DNA of 64,000 nucleotides from a virus (Duplodnaviria; Heunggongvirae; Uroviricota; Caudoviricetes): IMG/VR virus record IMGVR_UViG_3300013132_000019; one strand, 5' to 3'. Shown piece by piece: positions 43,122 to 54,790 of this stretch (position 1 is its first letter; each line of letters starts with the position of its first letter). The notes under the pieces were generated by a model. It saw only the letters and a program-made list of their open reading frames with translations, ran no database searches and was not told where the DNA came from. The position numbers and the translations under genes were made by a program.

Positions 43122-46100
43122 TTATTCGGCTATTAAATTATTACCGTTATTATTATTTATATTAGTGCTAAATATTGATACCGTACCAACAAATTCAGAA
43201 CCGCAGTCCCCATTATAATAATAAATATCACTACACTCCTCGTAAGCCTTGCAAATACCATCATCAGATAAAGTATATAACTGTACATCTACTGTGTCAC
43301 CTGATGTGTTATTTGGTGTCATTGAAGTATGTCTCATTGGCAGTGTACCACTGTAATATCTATTAGGATTACATGGGAATACTGAACCACTTCTATATTT
43401 GAACTTCTCTTGGTCGTATAGTGTGTTACCATAAATATAATTTGCCGTCCATATTGTCGTACTAGGTATTACCTGTTCAATCAAATCAACCCAATAATTA
43501 CCAATCAAATCAGAAAACTCAATCATTGTTTGGTAAGTAAATTGTGAACTTAAAGTCTCACAATATTCCGTTGAATTCATATAACGGTGATATAATGCGT
43601 TTAATGTTGGGTATCCAGAAGATATTTTTCTACATCTAACGTTTATCAATTCGCTACTTAATATGTCGTTGAATTGTGTTACGGTGGTTAACCCTGTTAT
43701 GCTTGAGGTTAATAACTCATTGTAATCAGTGCAATGCTCGTCACTGCATTGCTTTATTAAACATTTTTGACAGTCTTGGTCCCACCTTAGGTTTGCTAAA
43801 TGTCTACCAAGATACAATTCATTCTCAACGTGCCTTAAACCTTCGTTGTATGCAATACAACAATCTTCAGTTACAATATCTGTATAGTTAATTGTTGTTG
43901 ATGTTACACCAGATTGTGTTATCTGTTGAAAAACCCCCAAACTGCCGTCTGGCATACCAGCTAACCAAAAACCATCAAATGTCGTTGGACTTGAGTCTGT
44001 ATCAAACTTATAAATCCACGAACAATCAGTTTCTTCGATTTCAAAACCACCAGTTATTGATGTCGAACCAGTTATTGCGTTATACACATTATTACATGGA
44101 CTGGTGTCAATCAATCTGATTGGTCTAACTCTAGTGTTTTTTGCGAAAAAACTACCATTAGCGGTGTTTGCTGTCAATACATTATTACAGGTATCTAATA
44201 CGTAAATTTCATTTGGATTAATGTATGTTGAACTCCAATATGCTATTGGTAAGTTTGGACATGTTACTGAAACTGTTAATTCGCTTGGTAGTGCATTATT
44301 GATTTCTAATAGTTCATTAGCACTAGGTAAAAACCAATCATTATATCCACCAAAAGAATAAGTATCAGCTGTGTATGCGGCTGGATATTGTTGTGGTAAC
44401 GTACCATTATTATTCAATATGTACTCAGTGTTTAGTTGCCCATAACCAATACCCATTTCAGTCGGTGCTGGAAATATTGGTGGATAAATACCAAGTGACC
44501 AATTAAAATCATAGTTAGTTATTACATCGAAATATGATAAGTCATTTGGACCAACTTCTAACGCTCTACAAGGATTATTTGGGTCAACCCAAAATACCGT
44601 ACCGCCAGCTGGACCTGTATCACCTACAGCCCACGTACAGCCACTATAAGATTCAGTTGGTGGTAATGATATTGTTTCACCAGTTATTGATGTACCGCTT
44701 ATACCATCCAAATTACAACAACATGTTGTTGCTGTTAATCCAGTTGTTGATGATGAGTAACACGGTTCTAATATACATGGATTATCATTAACATAACACC
44801 AAACATCGGTTTCTATGGCATTATCAATCGCAATATTTAAATCAGTTTCTTTAGTGTTGATTACCAATCTGTAATTGTTAACGTCATATTCCGTTTCACG
44901 CATTGATAAATCAAAAGTTCTGTGAACTGGTGATTCAATCGCAGTCCATGATTTTTTATTATCAACCACCCGTTTTAGATTGAAAGCTGGGTTTTCTGAA
45001 ACAAAAATATCATCATTTACCTTTCGTTCACAAACTTTATTTATTTCAATTCTATCAATCAATATTGAAAAATCGATACAACTATTAAGAACTTGTACAC
45101 TTAAGTTAATAGCTTGATTCGTAATACCACTAATTACAGCTGGGTCACTTATTCTAGTTTCAAATGTTAACCAATTAGAATCGAAATAATTTTCACCAAT
45201 TAGATTAATTAATTCTTGATAATTTTGACCTCTGGTTGTTCCAGTTAATAAATCTTGTTCATTCGCTTGAGCAATTAATTGGTCAACTATTATATTTGCA
45301 AAATCATTACATGCGGTATCAGTACAGTCGATACCATTATAGTTCGGTATGTATAAACCACTATTAAAATTATTAATTAAGTATGTTAATAGATTGCCTT
45401 CACCGATATTGAAGAATGTTTCTGAATAAATTGAATCCACCAATTGTTCATATTGTGGATTCTGTATGTCGATTGACATTCCAATCTCAAGGTTTTCTAA
45501 AGTTTCAATTTCAGTTAAACAAGAGTTTGGATTATCGGCCAATAATTGATTTATCGCAGCTTGTGCTGTTATAATAACCTGTTCTTCAGTATCTATTATA
45601 TTTTGCCAATATTGATTTGTTTGTATCCAATTATATGTTTCATACATTAAATTAGAACCGTCACTACAAATATCATAATAAAGCCCTTGTGGTTCTGGTT
45701 CATTGGCGACCTCATAGAATGTTCCAGATATATTTAATAATTCATTACCATTATTATCATAATATTCACCATTCAAATAACTATTAAAATCATATTCGGT
45801 ACTATTATTCATTAATATTTCCAATAGACCTACACCAGCTTCTGTTAAGCATAGATATATTGTACCTTCTTGTGTTTCATAAGGTAAAACATTATTGAAT
45901 TGACCAACATTTTCAGTTAAAGCCGATTGCGCTATTGCTATTTGTGTTGTTGCTGAAGCGATTTGGTTATTATGAAATTCTATTTGTTGATTAAATGTTC
46001 TACCAGATATACCAGTTATTGTGTCACAATTAAATTTAAATAGATATTCAAACTTTACGTCAAGAACGCATCGTTCGCCCTCATCAACTTCAAATATAGC

Positions 46101-46382
46101 ACCACTATTTCCTTGTGGATTTAGGGTCACATTGAATGTTGGTAAGTTATTACAATCAACTCTTTGTAACCATCTACATTGCCCTAATTCAATATCCCAT
46201 GTAAATGTGTATCCAGTTGTTGAATAGTTTTCAATGGTATTTAAAAAATTACAACAAAACTCTGAACTTATTGTTGACGAAATTCCATCAACATATACTT
46301 GAATTGTACCATTGGGATTCGTGAAAACTTCTAAATTGTTTTCATTTGCACTGTCCAATCCACAATAATCTAAGTTAATCAT
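43122..46382 (-). CDS. Large Cys-rich tail-associated protein with internal DUF1566/Lcl-like domain
   Basis: VGDTGPAGGTVF, GYGQLNT, SFGGYNDWFLPSANEL, YWSST, RVRPIR. Confidence 0.7.
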   Translation of the reverse strand: MINLDYCGLDSANENNLEVFTNPNGTIQVYVDGISSTISSEFCCNFLNTIENYSTTGYTFTWDIELGQCRWLQRVDCNNLPTFNVTLNPQGNSGAIFEVDEGERCVLDVKFEYLFKFNCDTITGISGRTFNQQIEFHNNQIASATTQIAIAQSALTENVGQFNNVLPYETQEGTIYLCLTEAGVGLLEILMNNSTEYDFNSYLNGEYYDNNGNELLNISGTFYEVANEPEPQGLYYDICSDGSNLMYETYNWIQTNQYWQNIIDTEEQVIITAQAAINQLLADNPNSCLTEIETLENLEIGMSIDIQNPQYEQLVDSIYSETFFNIGEGNLLTYLINNFNSGLYIPNYNGIDCTDTACNDFANIIVDQLIAQANEQDLLTGTTRGQNYQELINLIGENYFDSNWLTFETRISDPAVISGITNQAINLSVQVLNSCIDFSILIDRIEINKVCERKVNDDIFVSENPAFNLKRVVDNKKSWTAIESPVHRTFDLSMRETEYDVNNYRLVINTKETDLNIAIDNAIETDVWCYVNDNPCILEPCYSSSTTGLTATTCCCNLDGISGTSITGETISLPPTESYSGCTWAVGDTGPAGGTVFWVDPNNPCRALEVGPNDLSYFDVITNYDFNWSLGIYPPIFPAPTEMGIGYGQLNTEYILNNNGTLPQQYPAAYTADTYSFGGYNDWFLPSANELLEINNALPSELTVSVTCPNLPIAYWSSTYINPNEIYVLDTCNNVLTANTANGSFFAKNTRVRPIRLIDTSPCNNVYNAITGSTSITGGFEIEETDCSWIYKFDTDSSPTTFDGFWLAGMPDGSLGVFQQITQSGVTSTTINYTDIVTEDCCIAYNEGLRHVENELYLGRHLANLRWDQDCQKCLIKQCSDEHCTDYNELLTSSITGLTTVTQFNDILSSELINVRCRKISSGYPTLNALYHRYMNSTEYCETLSSQFTYQTMIEFSDLIGNYWVDLIEQVIPSTTIWTANYIYGNTLYDQEKFKYRSGSVFPCNPNRYYSGTLPMRHTSMTPNNTSGDTVDVQLYTLSDDGICKAYEECSDIYYYNGDCGSEFVGTVSIFSTNINNNNGNNLIAE

Positions 46383-46408
46383 TTCGTCTTTATCAATAAA
46401 TAGGTTTA

Positions 46409-49099
46409 TTATTCAATTTCAAACGTTTCACCACAATTAATACTACCAACAAATCTACCATTGTAAGTACTTACAATTGTTAACCTTTGAGACGGATTAA
46501 GTGAATTCCAATCAACCTGACAACCAAAACCAAGTTCATTAGTAAACGGGTCAACTACTGATGTCGGTACTGTTTCTCCAACACAATGAGCGCCATTTGG
46601 TGTTGTTACTCTAAAATCACCGTTTGGTGTTACAAACTTCAAATAAGATTGGCCATCAATATATATTAATGCCGTATTAATTGATGGTAATGGGAAATTA
46701 CCAGCCAATCGCCAATTACATGTCGCATATTGAATGCATGCTTCTGAAAGTTCTGGGTTGGTTCTACAACAAATGTAACCTCGATTACTTACAGTATATC
46801 CAGTTTCACCATAAGTTAAACTTAATGGTAGTAAATCTCTAACATTTTGTGGTAAATTATAATAATCAGCTAATGATATTTGTTCAAGTTGATAGTATTC
46901 CATTGGTTGGCCGAAATATTGACTTTCACAACATTCTGGGAATAGGAATTCACTCTGTGTATTTGATGAATACGTTATTAATAAATTGTCATTTTCGGTT
47001 GTTTCAGCAGAAGTTATACCTAATGATTGACAGTCAAATGTTTGTGATGAATAGACTACATCTATCTGTATGCTATTATCATTTGTTGCAATATCACAAC
47101 CGCAGGGTGTAATCTCATCTGTCGGTTTTGGGTCTGGAACAACATACGTATTTAACACAACACAATCAGATAGGTCGAACCCCTCACTTGACAAATCAAT
47201 ATACGTGTTACCAGTATAATTGTTTATTGTACCTTGATTGTAGTTTGTAAATAATGTTGTTGTACCAGTTTGGTATGAAGCATTTACAATCGTAACTGGT
47301 TGGAAATTTGGGATAAGACCTCTAAATTGGTCAATATATGCCTGACCTCTGTCATAAGGACCTGAATGTGGGTTATTACCAGCTAAAATATATTTACTGG
47401 CGTTTCCACCACCAGTTTCCCTATACCAACCACCACCTTTTTGGAAATACATATCTGGTGTGTCTGGTAATATTCTTGGAAACCCGTCACTATCAATATT
47501 ATATAATGTTAAATCAGTATTTAGACCATTTAAATCTATCGCTGATTGTACGATGTCAGCATTTAACGCATTGTCAGCAACATATACATGTTCATTGAAT
47601 TGCATTAACCCAGTCGGTGCCCCAATGAATTTTGTTAGGAATTCAATGGCTTTTCTAGTACCTTTTGATTTCCAAAGATATGGCGTATTCAATATTATTC
47701 TTCTCCACATTTCATATTCAGACTCAATAGGCGTATAACCCCTTGTAAAGCCAGAATAACTGGTTCTACTGGTAGAAACATAATTAGATAGTAAATCGTT
47801 CTCTAACACGCTTGAAATCAAGTCCCAACCTAAAGTTCTTGCTAAATTCTTTAACACAATATCTGGTGTGTTATTTCTTTGGTTATATGAAACAACATTA
47901 GCGAAAGAAATACCGTCAATGTATCTTTTTATATCATCAAATTCACGACCATAGATTCTTAATAATTTGGTTACTTTTTGGTCAGCTTCTTCATCTCTAT
48001 CACCGTAGAATATAGGTATTGTGTCAAAATCACTTATAGAATCACTGGTAAGGAATCTAGTTATAAGGTCTGATTTGGTAATATCGCTGTTTTGAGAAAT
48101 TTCTATGAGACTATTAACATACTGTTCATAGTTTGGTGTGTTAAAATCCAGATTATAACCATCTGATGTTGGCCAAGTTAGTGTTGTTGTTTGAAATAAT
48201 ATAACACCATCTTCGCTTTGGACTGGATATCTGAATGTTGCGGTATATCTTGGTCTTATTAATGTATTTAATAAATTAGATTCAAAATCGTTCAACCCAT
48301 TGAAGAAGGTATCTACCTTTAGTTTGTTAGGTTTAATGTGGTAAACTTGGTATTGATTCTGTGTATTTCCAGTTGTATAGAACGGATTACCATTTACCCT
48401 TACAGTAAGGCTACCAGAATTAGATGTTGTTAAACCAGTAAAACCGACTAAATCATATTCCGTATCATTTAATAATAAAGCATAGTTTAAGTAATTTACA
48501 GTTAAATTACGTAATGGGTTACTTTCATTGAAAGTATTCAATATAGTACCATTAATTAAATAATTTAATTGGTAATTATTATTTATTGCTAAATTAGGTA
48601 TATTGAACGTTGCGGTTTGAGTTATTGGGTCAAAACTATAATTTGTTACCGTATATGTTACTGTTTCACTACCGTTTGCGTTAGTAGCGATTGGGTTCAT
48701 ATAAATTGAAGCTGGCCAATTGGTGATTATATTTTCAAGAGAAACCCTAATGAATTCCGTTAGTGAACCAAAATAAGCATGAGTCAATAAATCTGATTCA
48801 TCCAATCTAAGCCTAACATTAGCATTATTATCTAATAGTATTGCTAATTCAGTATCTGATATATTAATATCGTTTAACGTGAAGAATTGGCTATACCGCC
48901 CTAAATTATAATTGAAACTATTAGGTGGTTGTAGGTTTGTTGATACGACAAAATTACCTAATGTGAATAGTGCGGTACCACCATCTTCGACAAATTGGTT
49001 ACCCACAAGATTATCCGCAAAGTTACGATATTCTATACCATCATTATAGAATATTTTCTGTGCGTAACCGCTAACTCGTATTCTAGGGTTTTGAGCCAT
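46409..49099 (-). CDS. Baseplate/tail structural protein
   Basis: 896 aa; LKNLARTLGW, WRRIILNTPYLWKSKGTRKAIE resembles a tail P2 I-like motif. Confidence 0.65.
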   Translation of the reverse strand: MAQNPRIRVSGYAQKIFYNDGIEYRNFADNLVGNQFVEDGGTALFTLGNFVVSTNLQPPNSFNYNLGRYSQFFTLNDINISDTELAILLDNNANVRLRLDESDLLTHAYFGSLTEFIRVSLENIITNWPASIYMNPIATNANGSETVTYTVTNYSFDPITQTATFNIPNLAINNNYQLNYLINGTILNTFNESNPLRNLTVNYLNYALLLNDTEYDLVGFTGLTTSNSGSLTVRVNGNPFYTTGNTQNQYQVYHIKPNKLKVDTFFNGLNDFESNLLNTLIRPRYTATFRYPVQSEDGVILFQTTTLTWPTSDGYNLDFNTPNYEQYVNSLIEISQNSDITKSDLITRFLTSDSISDFDTIPIFYGDRDEEADQKVTKLLRIYGREFDDIKRYIDGISFANVVSYNQRNNTPDIVLKNLARTLGWDLISSVLENDLLSNYVSTSRTSYSGFTRGYTPIESEYEMWRRIILNTPYLWKSKGTRKAIEFLTKFIGAPTGLMQFNEHVYVADNALNADIVQSAIDLNGLNTDLTLYNIDSDGFPRILPDTPDMYFQKGGGWYRETGGGNASKYILAGNNPHSGPYDRGQAYIDQFRGLIPNFQPVTIVNASYQTGTTTLFTNYNQGTINNYTGNTYIDLSSEGFDLSDCVVLNTYVVPDPKPTDEITPCGCDIATNDNSIQIDVVYSSQTFDCQSLGITSAETTENDNLLITYSSNTQSEFLFPECCESQYFGQPMEYYQLEQISLADYYNLPQNVRDLLPLSLTYGETGYTVSNRGYICCRTNPELSEACIQYATCNWRLAGNFPLPSINTALIYIDGQSYLKFVTPNGDFRVTTPNGAHCVGETVPTSVVDPFTNELGFGCQVDWNSLNPSQRLTIVSTYNGRFVGSINCGETFEIE

Positions 49100-50025
49100 T
49101 ATACGTTAGCAATATTATCAAATGTCTTAGTGAAATCGATATTATCCCTCTCTTCTCTAACCTCAAATAATGGTTTTCCAGTGAATTGGTCTTTGATTTC
49201 AAATAAGTTATATTGTTTGTAAATCTGATTATCAAAATTGTATATGGTATAGATACCATCTTCAAGACTTTTGGTCTGATTGGCAAACAACCCATAAGCT
49301 AATGTTTCGATATCATGTTCAACCATCTCAATTTCAAGCATAATTGGGTTAAAGAATGTGTTTGTAATTATAACCTCTTGATTTGGTTGGCCGATAAATG
49401 GTAAAACGTTTGGTTTAACATTTGTTGCTGAGCTTGGTGATACTGTACAGAATACCAAAGTAGAATTATCGTTAAAGTTATATCTTATCGCTTTTTGGCT
49501 GGTATTTGTTAAGTTTTGATTAACTGGTTCAGCTCTGTTGTTCGATGTTACAACTTTAAAGAAATTACGTATTTTAACGTCAGCAACGTTAGTATTTGTA
49601 TTTAAATATTCTATTCGATAACCGATTAAGTTATTGTTTTCGAACTTATTAACGTGTTGTGCTGGTATTGCAGCCAAATCAAATAAAACACCTTTAATAT
49701 CTGGGAATGCTGATAATACACCACAATCTACAATTCTTGTTCTAATTTCAACAGGTTTAATCATTATGGTATAGATACCCTTTTGATTAAATTGGTTAAC
49801 TGGTAATTTCAGCGTATACATACCACCAAAGACTTCAAACCCAGTCGTTACATTTGATTGTACTTTATTTGGGTTATCCATTTGTAAAAGAACCTGTTGT
49901 GGGTTCAATTGTGCAACCGTTGTGTTACCAACAACATCTCTACTTGGTGTATAATGTACCCATATTTCGCAATCTGATGGACTTACATCCGCTGGTCTAT
50001 TTATACCATAAACTCCTGTTGACAT
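49099..50025 (-). CDS. Conserved virion structural protein
   Basis: 308 aa in the structural operon. Confidence 0.7.
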   Translation of the reverse strand: MSTGVYGINRPADVSPSDCEIWVHYTPSRDVVGNTTVAQLNPQQVLLQMDNPNKVQSNVTTGFEVFGGMYTLKLPVNQFNQKGIYTIMIKPVEIRTRIVDCGVLSAFPDIKGVLFDLAAIPAQHVNKFENNNLIGYRIEYLNTNTNVADVKIRNFFKVVTSNNRAEPVNQNLTNTSQKAIRYNFNDNSTLVFCTVSPSSATNVKPNVLPFIGQPNQEVIITNTFFNPIMLEIEMVEHDIETLAYGLFANQTKSLEDGIYTIYNFDNQIYKQYNLFEIKDQFTGKPLFEVREERDNIDFTKTFDNIANV

Positions 50026-50084
50026 TCAAACTTGTTTTAAATTTTCTTATTATATCTGTAAATAGTGATTTAACAAATATTTTA

Positions 50085-50804
50085 CTACTGAAATCTAAAA
50101 TAACCATTACGATAATCTTGTAAAGCGTCCAACCCTCTTATTTCACCTAATATCAAATGGTCTTCTAATACTGTTGTCGCACCTCTATCAATAAAAACAT
50201 CGCTTTGTACTTCTGGTGGACTGACTATACCCATTAGGTATTCTCGTCTTATATAGGCTCTTAAATCAACATTAGTATCATTCCAACCCTCACTTACAAA
50301 TCTAAATTCAGTTTTTGGTTTTAAGGTTATATTATTGTCAAAATCAACCAATGGGTATGTCTCATCGGAATATGTTTTATACCTTATACCAGTTGTTTGT
50401 GCATTGGTACCAATTACTTGGAAAAATGGTGGTTGGCTTTCAGCATCAACAGCATAGATTATAGGATTACCATCATCAACGACTTTGGTAACGCCACTTA
50501 TAGAAACACCAGAATAGTTAACGTAATTTTCAGCATCATTTATTATTGCTGGATTATATAGGTCAGCGGCATCATAAGACCTAACTAAATTAAGTTTATC
50601 ATTTGTAAATCCACTTACAAATCCACCAGAAAAAAACCATTGGTTTACTGTAGCACCAGAAAACCTTGTATAAGGTGAGTTTGATATATTGGTAAATGTT
50701 GGATTTAACATTTGTGGTGTTATTCCAAACATAAATGGAAATGTAAACCCACTCGACTGTAAGTCGTTTATTAAATCTTGCGTATTATATGATATTATCG
50801 GCAT
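50085..50804 (-). CDS. Hypothetical structural protein
   Basis: 239 aa. Confidence 0.65.
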   Translation of the reverse strand: MPIISYNTQDLINDLQSSGFTFPFMFGITPQMLNPTFTNISNSPYTRFSGATVNQWFFSGGFVSGFTNDKLNLVRSYDAADLYNPAIINDAENYVNYSGVSISGVTKVVDDGNPIIYAVDAESQPPFFQVIGTNAQTTGIRYKTYSDETYPLVDFDNNITLKPKTEFRFVSEGWNDTNVDLRAYIRREYLMGIVSPPEVQSDVFIDRGATTVLEDHLILGEIRGLDALQDYRNGYFRFQ

Positions 50805-50826
50805 AGTATAATTTTATTTTAAATAG

Positions 50827-52029
50827 CTATTGTCGATTTATTACGTTTAATTCACAATCATTGCTATTACCATATGCCACCCAAATTCTATTACTTTCGG
50901 CTAATACACTATTGGTACAACCACAATCAGTTGCCCGTAAAAATATACTACATGGATATTCTGGAGGACATTGATTTGGACTAAAGTCAAATGAAAATCC
51001 TTCTGGATTTGCTATTAGTTGTTGACCTTGATTGATTGAAAGTGGTGATAATAGACTTTCGTAATAAAGATAATGTGGGTTTGTTGGCCATTCTGAATAC
51101 CAATTAGCCGATAAACAATTATAATTAGCTGGATTTATACCACTTTGTAATCTAGCTAAAAATCTATCAGTTGTTGTCGTTTCTGGATTACAAGGTAATA
51201 TATATGGGTCTTGTTGTGTCCCACTACCTTGTAGACCAGAAACATCCGTCTGTGGTTCAATTACCAACTGATTAGATATCTGACTACCATTATCAGCATA
51301 AATAAATATATCGATTGATGGTGATTGACCATAGCAATCGCCATTTGATGCTGACACGCTGTAGGTGCCGTTATTTGTCACATTAATTTGCTCTGTACCT
51401 TCACCTGTACTCCAAAGAACTTCAGTATAATTATTATAATCATAAACACCTAGTGTAATATCCACAGTTTCACAAACTGAAATCACATCAATTATATTCT
51501 CAAATGGTATCTCTGTGTTAGCTGGAAAATTACCATATGGTTCACTTAATATTACATACCCTGTTGGTGATACGCCATCTGATATATTTTCAGATGTTCC
51601 ACTTAATGTTATTGTACACCCAAGATTATCTTCAACTGTTACCGTATATGTACCAGCTGGTTGGTTATAAAGTGTATATGTATTATTACTTGTTTGTATA
51701 ACATCAATAACACCATTTGAACCGTTATAAAATGTATATGTAAAAGGTGGTTGACCACCATATACCGTTGGTTTGATATATGCGTTTGATGGTGCTGGTG
51801 AATTTGGGTCATAACATGTAACATTAGTTACAATTATAGTACCGTCAAACTGAGCACATTCACTACCATTTGGTATAAATGGTAAATCGGTCACCATACC
51901 TAAATCATCAATCGTCTGAACCATTTCAACCTTCATATAGATTGATGAGGCAGTAATTGTACCATATGCTAAACCATCCTCAAAGGTTTTAAGGTCATCC
52001 AATAATATTTTTCTTCTTAATACTTTCAT
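50827..52029 (-). CDS. Structural protein with SprB-like repeat
   Basis: VTC..GGQPPFTYTF...PAGTYTVTVEDNLGC. Confidence 0.65.
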   Translation of the reverse strand: MKVLRRKILLDDLKTFEDGLAYGTITASSIYMKVEMVQTIDDLGMVTDLPFIPNGSECAQFDGTIIVTNVTCYDPNSPAPSNAYIKPTVYGGQPPFTYTFYNGSNGVIDVIQTSNNTYTLYNQPAGTYTVTVEDNLGCTITLSGTSENISDGVSPTGYVILSEPYGNFPANTEIPFENIIDVISVCETVDITLGVYDYNNYTEVLWSTGEGTEQINVTNNGTYSVSASNGDCYGQSPSIDIFIYADNGSQISNQLVIEPQTDVSGLQGSGTQQDPYILPCNPETTTTDRFLARLQSGINPANYNCLSANWYSEWPTNPHYLYYESLLSPLSINQGQQLIANPEGFSFDFSPNQCPPEYPCSIFLRATDCGCTNSVLAESNRIWVAYGNSNDCELNVINRQ

Positions 52030-52030
52030 T

Positions 52031-52891
52031 TTATGATACTCTTACTTCATATAATTGTACCGTAACATTTGGTGTTGGTATAATTGACCCATAAATAACA
52101 TTATTACTATATTGACTATCAATAGCATAATAATAACCAGTTTGTGTTCTATGTAGAACATATCTGGTATGTAATTGGTCAACCAATTGGTCTATTGGTA
52201 CTTGCGTTGAATCTGTCATTAAACCCTTTGATATACCTGTCTTTGCATTATTGAATGTTGCCCTCATATATAATATTTCTGGTAGATTTATATCAACCTC
52301 GTCTTTAAAATAATATATGAAAAAACCTTCACCAAAAACCTCGTCATTGGTTAGTGGGTTCTTTAATTGAAGCCATAGTTGTTTATTTGTTGCTACTGGA
52401 TATGCACTTATGTTTGGTTGTATGTCAGCGTAAGTAATGTTTGGGTTTATTGACATTGAGGCGACCAATCTTTGGTCTGTTAAAATGTCAGAATCATAAA
52501 AATCCAAACGGAGATATGATTTAATGAGTCTATTCTTTCGAAATCTTAAATCATCATTATCAAATCCAGCATCGGCATATGTTGTTGATGGTGAAAAATA
52601 GTTATTGTTACTATCCAATAGATTTATTTGATATGTTACTGTTTGTATTTCAATAACTGGTAAGTTTACTGTTGTTGCGGTTGCATTTGGTGAAATTATT
52701 GCTGGTAAAAACCTAACTTTCTCATAATCCAATATTGGGTTTATTGCATTTTCAACTTCAACCTCAACAAATTTTCTATCGATTATTTCCGCTTGGTCAA
52801 CCATCTGTGGTGTAAGGTCAATCGGAACGTTCAACGTTGTTGCGCTTGATTCTGGTCTTGGTATTCTTATTTGATATCTATCAACAAGCAT
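52031..52891 (-). CDS. Hypothetical structural protein
   Basis: 286 aa. Confidence 0.65.
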   Translation of the reverse strand: MLVDRYQIRIPRPESSATTLNVPIDLTPQMVDQAEIIDRKFVEVEVENAINPILDYEKVRFLPAIISPNATATTVNLPVIEIQTVTYQINLLDSNNNYFSPSTTYADAGFDNDDLRFRKNRLIKSYLRLDFYDSDILTDQRLVASMSINPNITYADIQPNISAYPVATNKQLWLQLKNPLTNDEVFGEGFFIYYFKDEVDINLPEILYMRATFNNAKTGISKGLMTDSTQVPIDQLVDQLHTRYVLHRTQTGYYYAIDSQYSNNVIYGSIIPTPNVTVQLYEVRVS

Positions 52892-54725
52892 CTTCAGCAG
52901 AGTTTACATCAAAATTATTTGTTATTCCGACACCAACTATATCGTATGGTTCAAAATTAATTTGACCACCATTAGTATCTTCTTCATACCCATAATATAA
53001 ATCATATTGACCATATGGGTCTTGTCTCCTGACTGGAAAACAATAATTCTGATACATATAATGCGCACCATTTAAAAATGGATAATTCAGCGTTTCTTGC
53101 TGACCATCATTTACGCCAATATCCAATAAATCGCGCCATATCCATCTACCCTCATTATTATTGCCATCATTTAGATTTGTCGCATAATCAGGTATACCAA
53201 CGGTATTAGCATTTCCTTGTTCAATATATGTAGAATAATCTCTTATTTTAATCCTATGGTGTGGATAATAAAAATAGCCTTCATGTCTTGGCCCAGCAAT
53301 ACATTTTGCGCCACTACTAAACCCACACCCTATTGTTATTCCATTGGAAATACGATTTTCTGTATTGAATCTGTGACCAACGACACCTAATGTGTGTTCA
53401 ATAAGCTCATAATCATTATATTCAACCAAATCACCATAAAAGAATTGGTCGTTTATGTTAACATTAGCGGTCAGTGGGTTTGGTGAATCGCGATACTGTG
53501 GGTCTAATCCTGTTTGTGGTCCGTCTCTAAGTTGTCTTATATCTGGTATACTTGGATAGTAATCAAAAATCCCAGAAACTTTACCGCAGTCAAGACCAGC
53601 TTGTATTGGTGTGAAAAAATTATTATCCCTTGTTTTAACAACCGTTAAAAACATTTCACTTATAGGCCTACCTAAATTATCAACAATATTACTTACATCT
53701 ATATCTTCATTGAATACGAACTGACAAACTTCATCATTGAATATCGTTTGTGAAAAGGCGGCTTGGTAAATTTCATAATCATCGGATTCAATAATACCAT
53801 TATTGATATTAATATTAACGGTTGTTATTTTTTTAAATAATCGTAAATAATATTTAGATTTAAAACCGTTATCCCGTCCACCTAAAACCCTTTCCATTCT
53901 AGCACCAGTAACGGGGTTTGCATTTAAATTGTTAGGGTCAATGTCTACTGAAAAATAATATTCTTTCATTGTCCCATCATCTAATCCAGTCCTTAATACC
54001 CGATAATAACCATCTTCAGTTGTTGGATTTAGACCAGAAATAAATACCAAATCACCTTGATTTAGATTATGTCTAACAGCAGTTGAAAAGGCGTATCTGT
54101 TGCGACCACCGATACTTACTGAATTATAACCGATAATTTTCAGTCCACCTACAACTAAAAAGTGTTTTGTATCCGCAGAAAATGGGTATGTTACGGTTAA
54201 TTCCCATTTTTTATTTGATGTCGGTTTAAATGAAAATCTTTCTTTTTTAGGTTCCATTGTGTAAAAATCACAATTACCAGTTAATAAAATATCTGGATTA
54301 TAAAAACCAAACCAACCATCTTTTTCTTTCAGGAATTTTTTATACGATTGTGCAAATGTTAGTCCACTATATTGACCAGTATCATCATTATAATCGTCAA
54401 TTGGGTCTTTTCTAAATTTTATGTCGTTAAATATGTTCCAACCATAGGATTCTGAACCTGAAAAGTCCGTACTTGGATTATAATTACTGGTTAGATTGAA
54501 TAGTACATTACTAACTAAAGGTTTTATGGTACCAAATACACGATATTTTTTACTTTTTTGTCTTTCATTATTAAAGACCTCAGCACTATTCACGGTTTCA
54601 TTAATATCATTTTTAGGTAATAGACGTCTACTACCCTCCAAATTCAATTTAATAAACGTATCAGTATCAGTACTAAGTTGTGAATTTGTACTTTGTAACC
54701 TATACCTTATTCTATCATTACTCAT
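52881..54725 (-). CDS. Hypothetical structural protein
   Basis: 614 aa. Confidence 0.65.
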   Translation of the reverse strand: MSNDRIRYRLQSTNSQLSTDTDTFIKLNLEGSRRLLPKNDINETVNSAEVFNNERQKSKKYRVFGTIKPLVSNVLFNLTSNYNPSTDFSGSESYGWNIFNDIKFRKDPIDDYNDDTGQYSGLTFAQSYKKFLKEKDGWFGFYNPDILLTGNCDFYTMEPKKERFSFKPTSNKKWELTVTYPFSADTKHFLVVGGLKIIGYNSVSIGGRNRYAFSTAVRHNLNQGDLVFISGLNPTTEDGYYRVLRTGLDDGTMKEYYFSVDIDPNNLNANPVTGARMERVLGGRDNGFKSKYYLRLFKKITTVNININNGIIESDDYEIYQAAFSQTIFNDEVCQFVFNEDIDVSNIVDNLGRPISEMFLTVVKTRDNNFFTPIQAGLDCGKVSGIFDYYPSIPDIRQLRDGPQTGLDPQYRDSPNPLTANVNINDQFFYGDLVEYNDYELIEHTLGVVGHRFNTENRISNGITIGCGFSSGAKCIAGPRHEGYFYYPHHRIKIRDYSTYIEQGNANTVGIPDYATNLNDGNNNEGRWIWRDLLDIGVNDGQQETLNYPFLNGAHYMYQNYCFPVRRQDPYGQYDLYYGYEEDTNGGQINFEPYDIVGVGITNNFDVNSAEDAC

Positions 54726-54790
54726 ATTACATTTAACCTATAATGGTAAATATAATGTATTATGAATTTAACAAAAATAAAGTTGTCAAC

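Noticed and set aside
43122-46382. Diversity-generating retroelement targeting the DUF1566-like domain
   Set aside because: No reverse transcriptase and no template/variable repeat pair with adenine-specific mismatches in the window.
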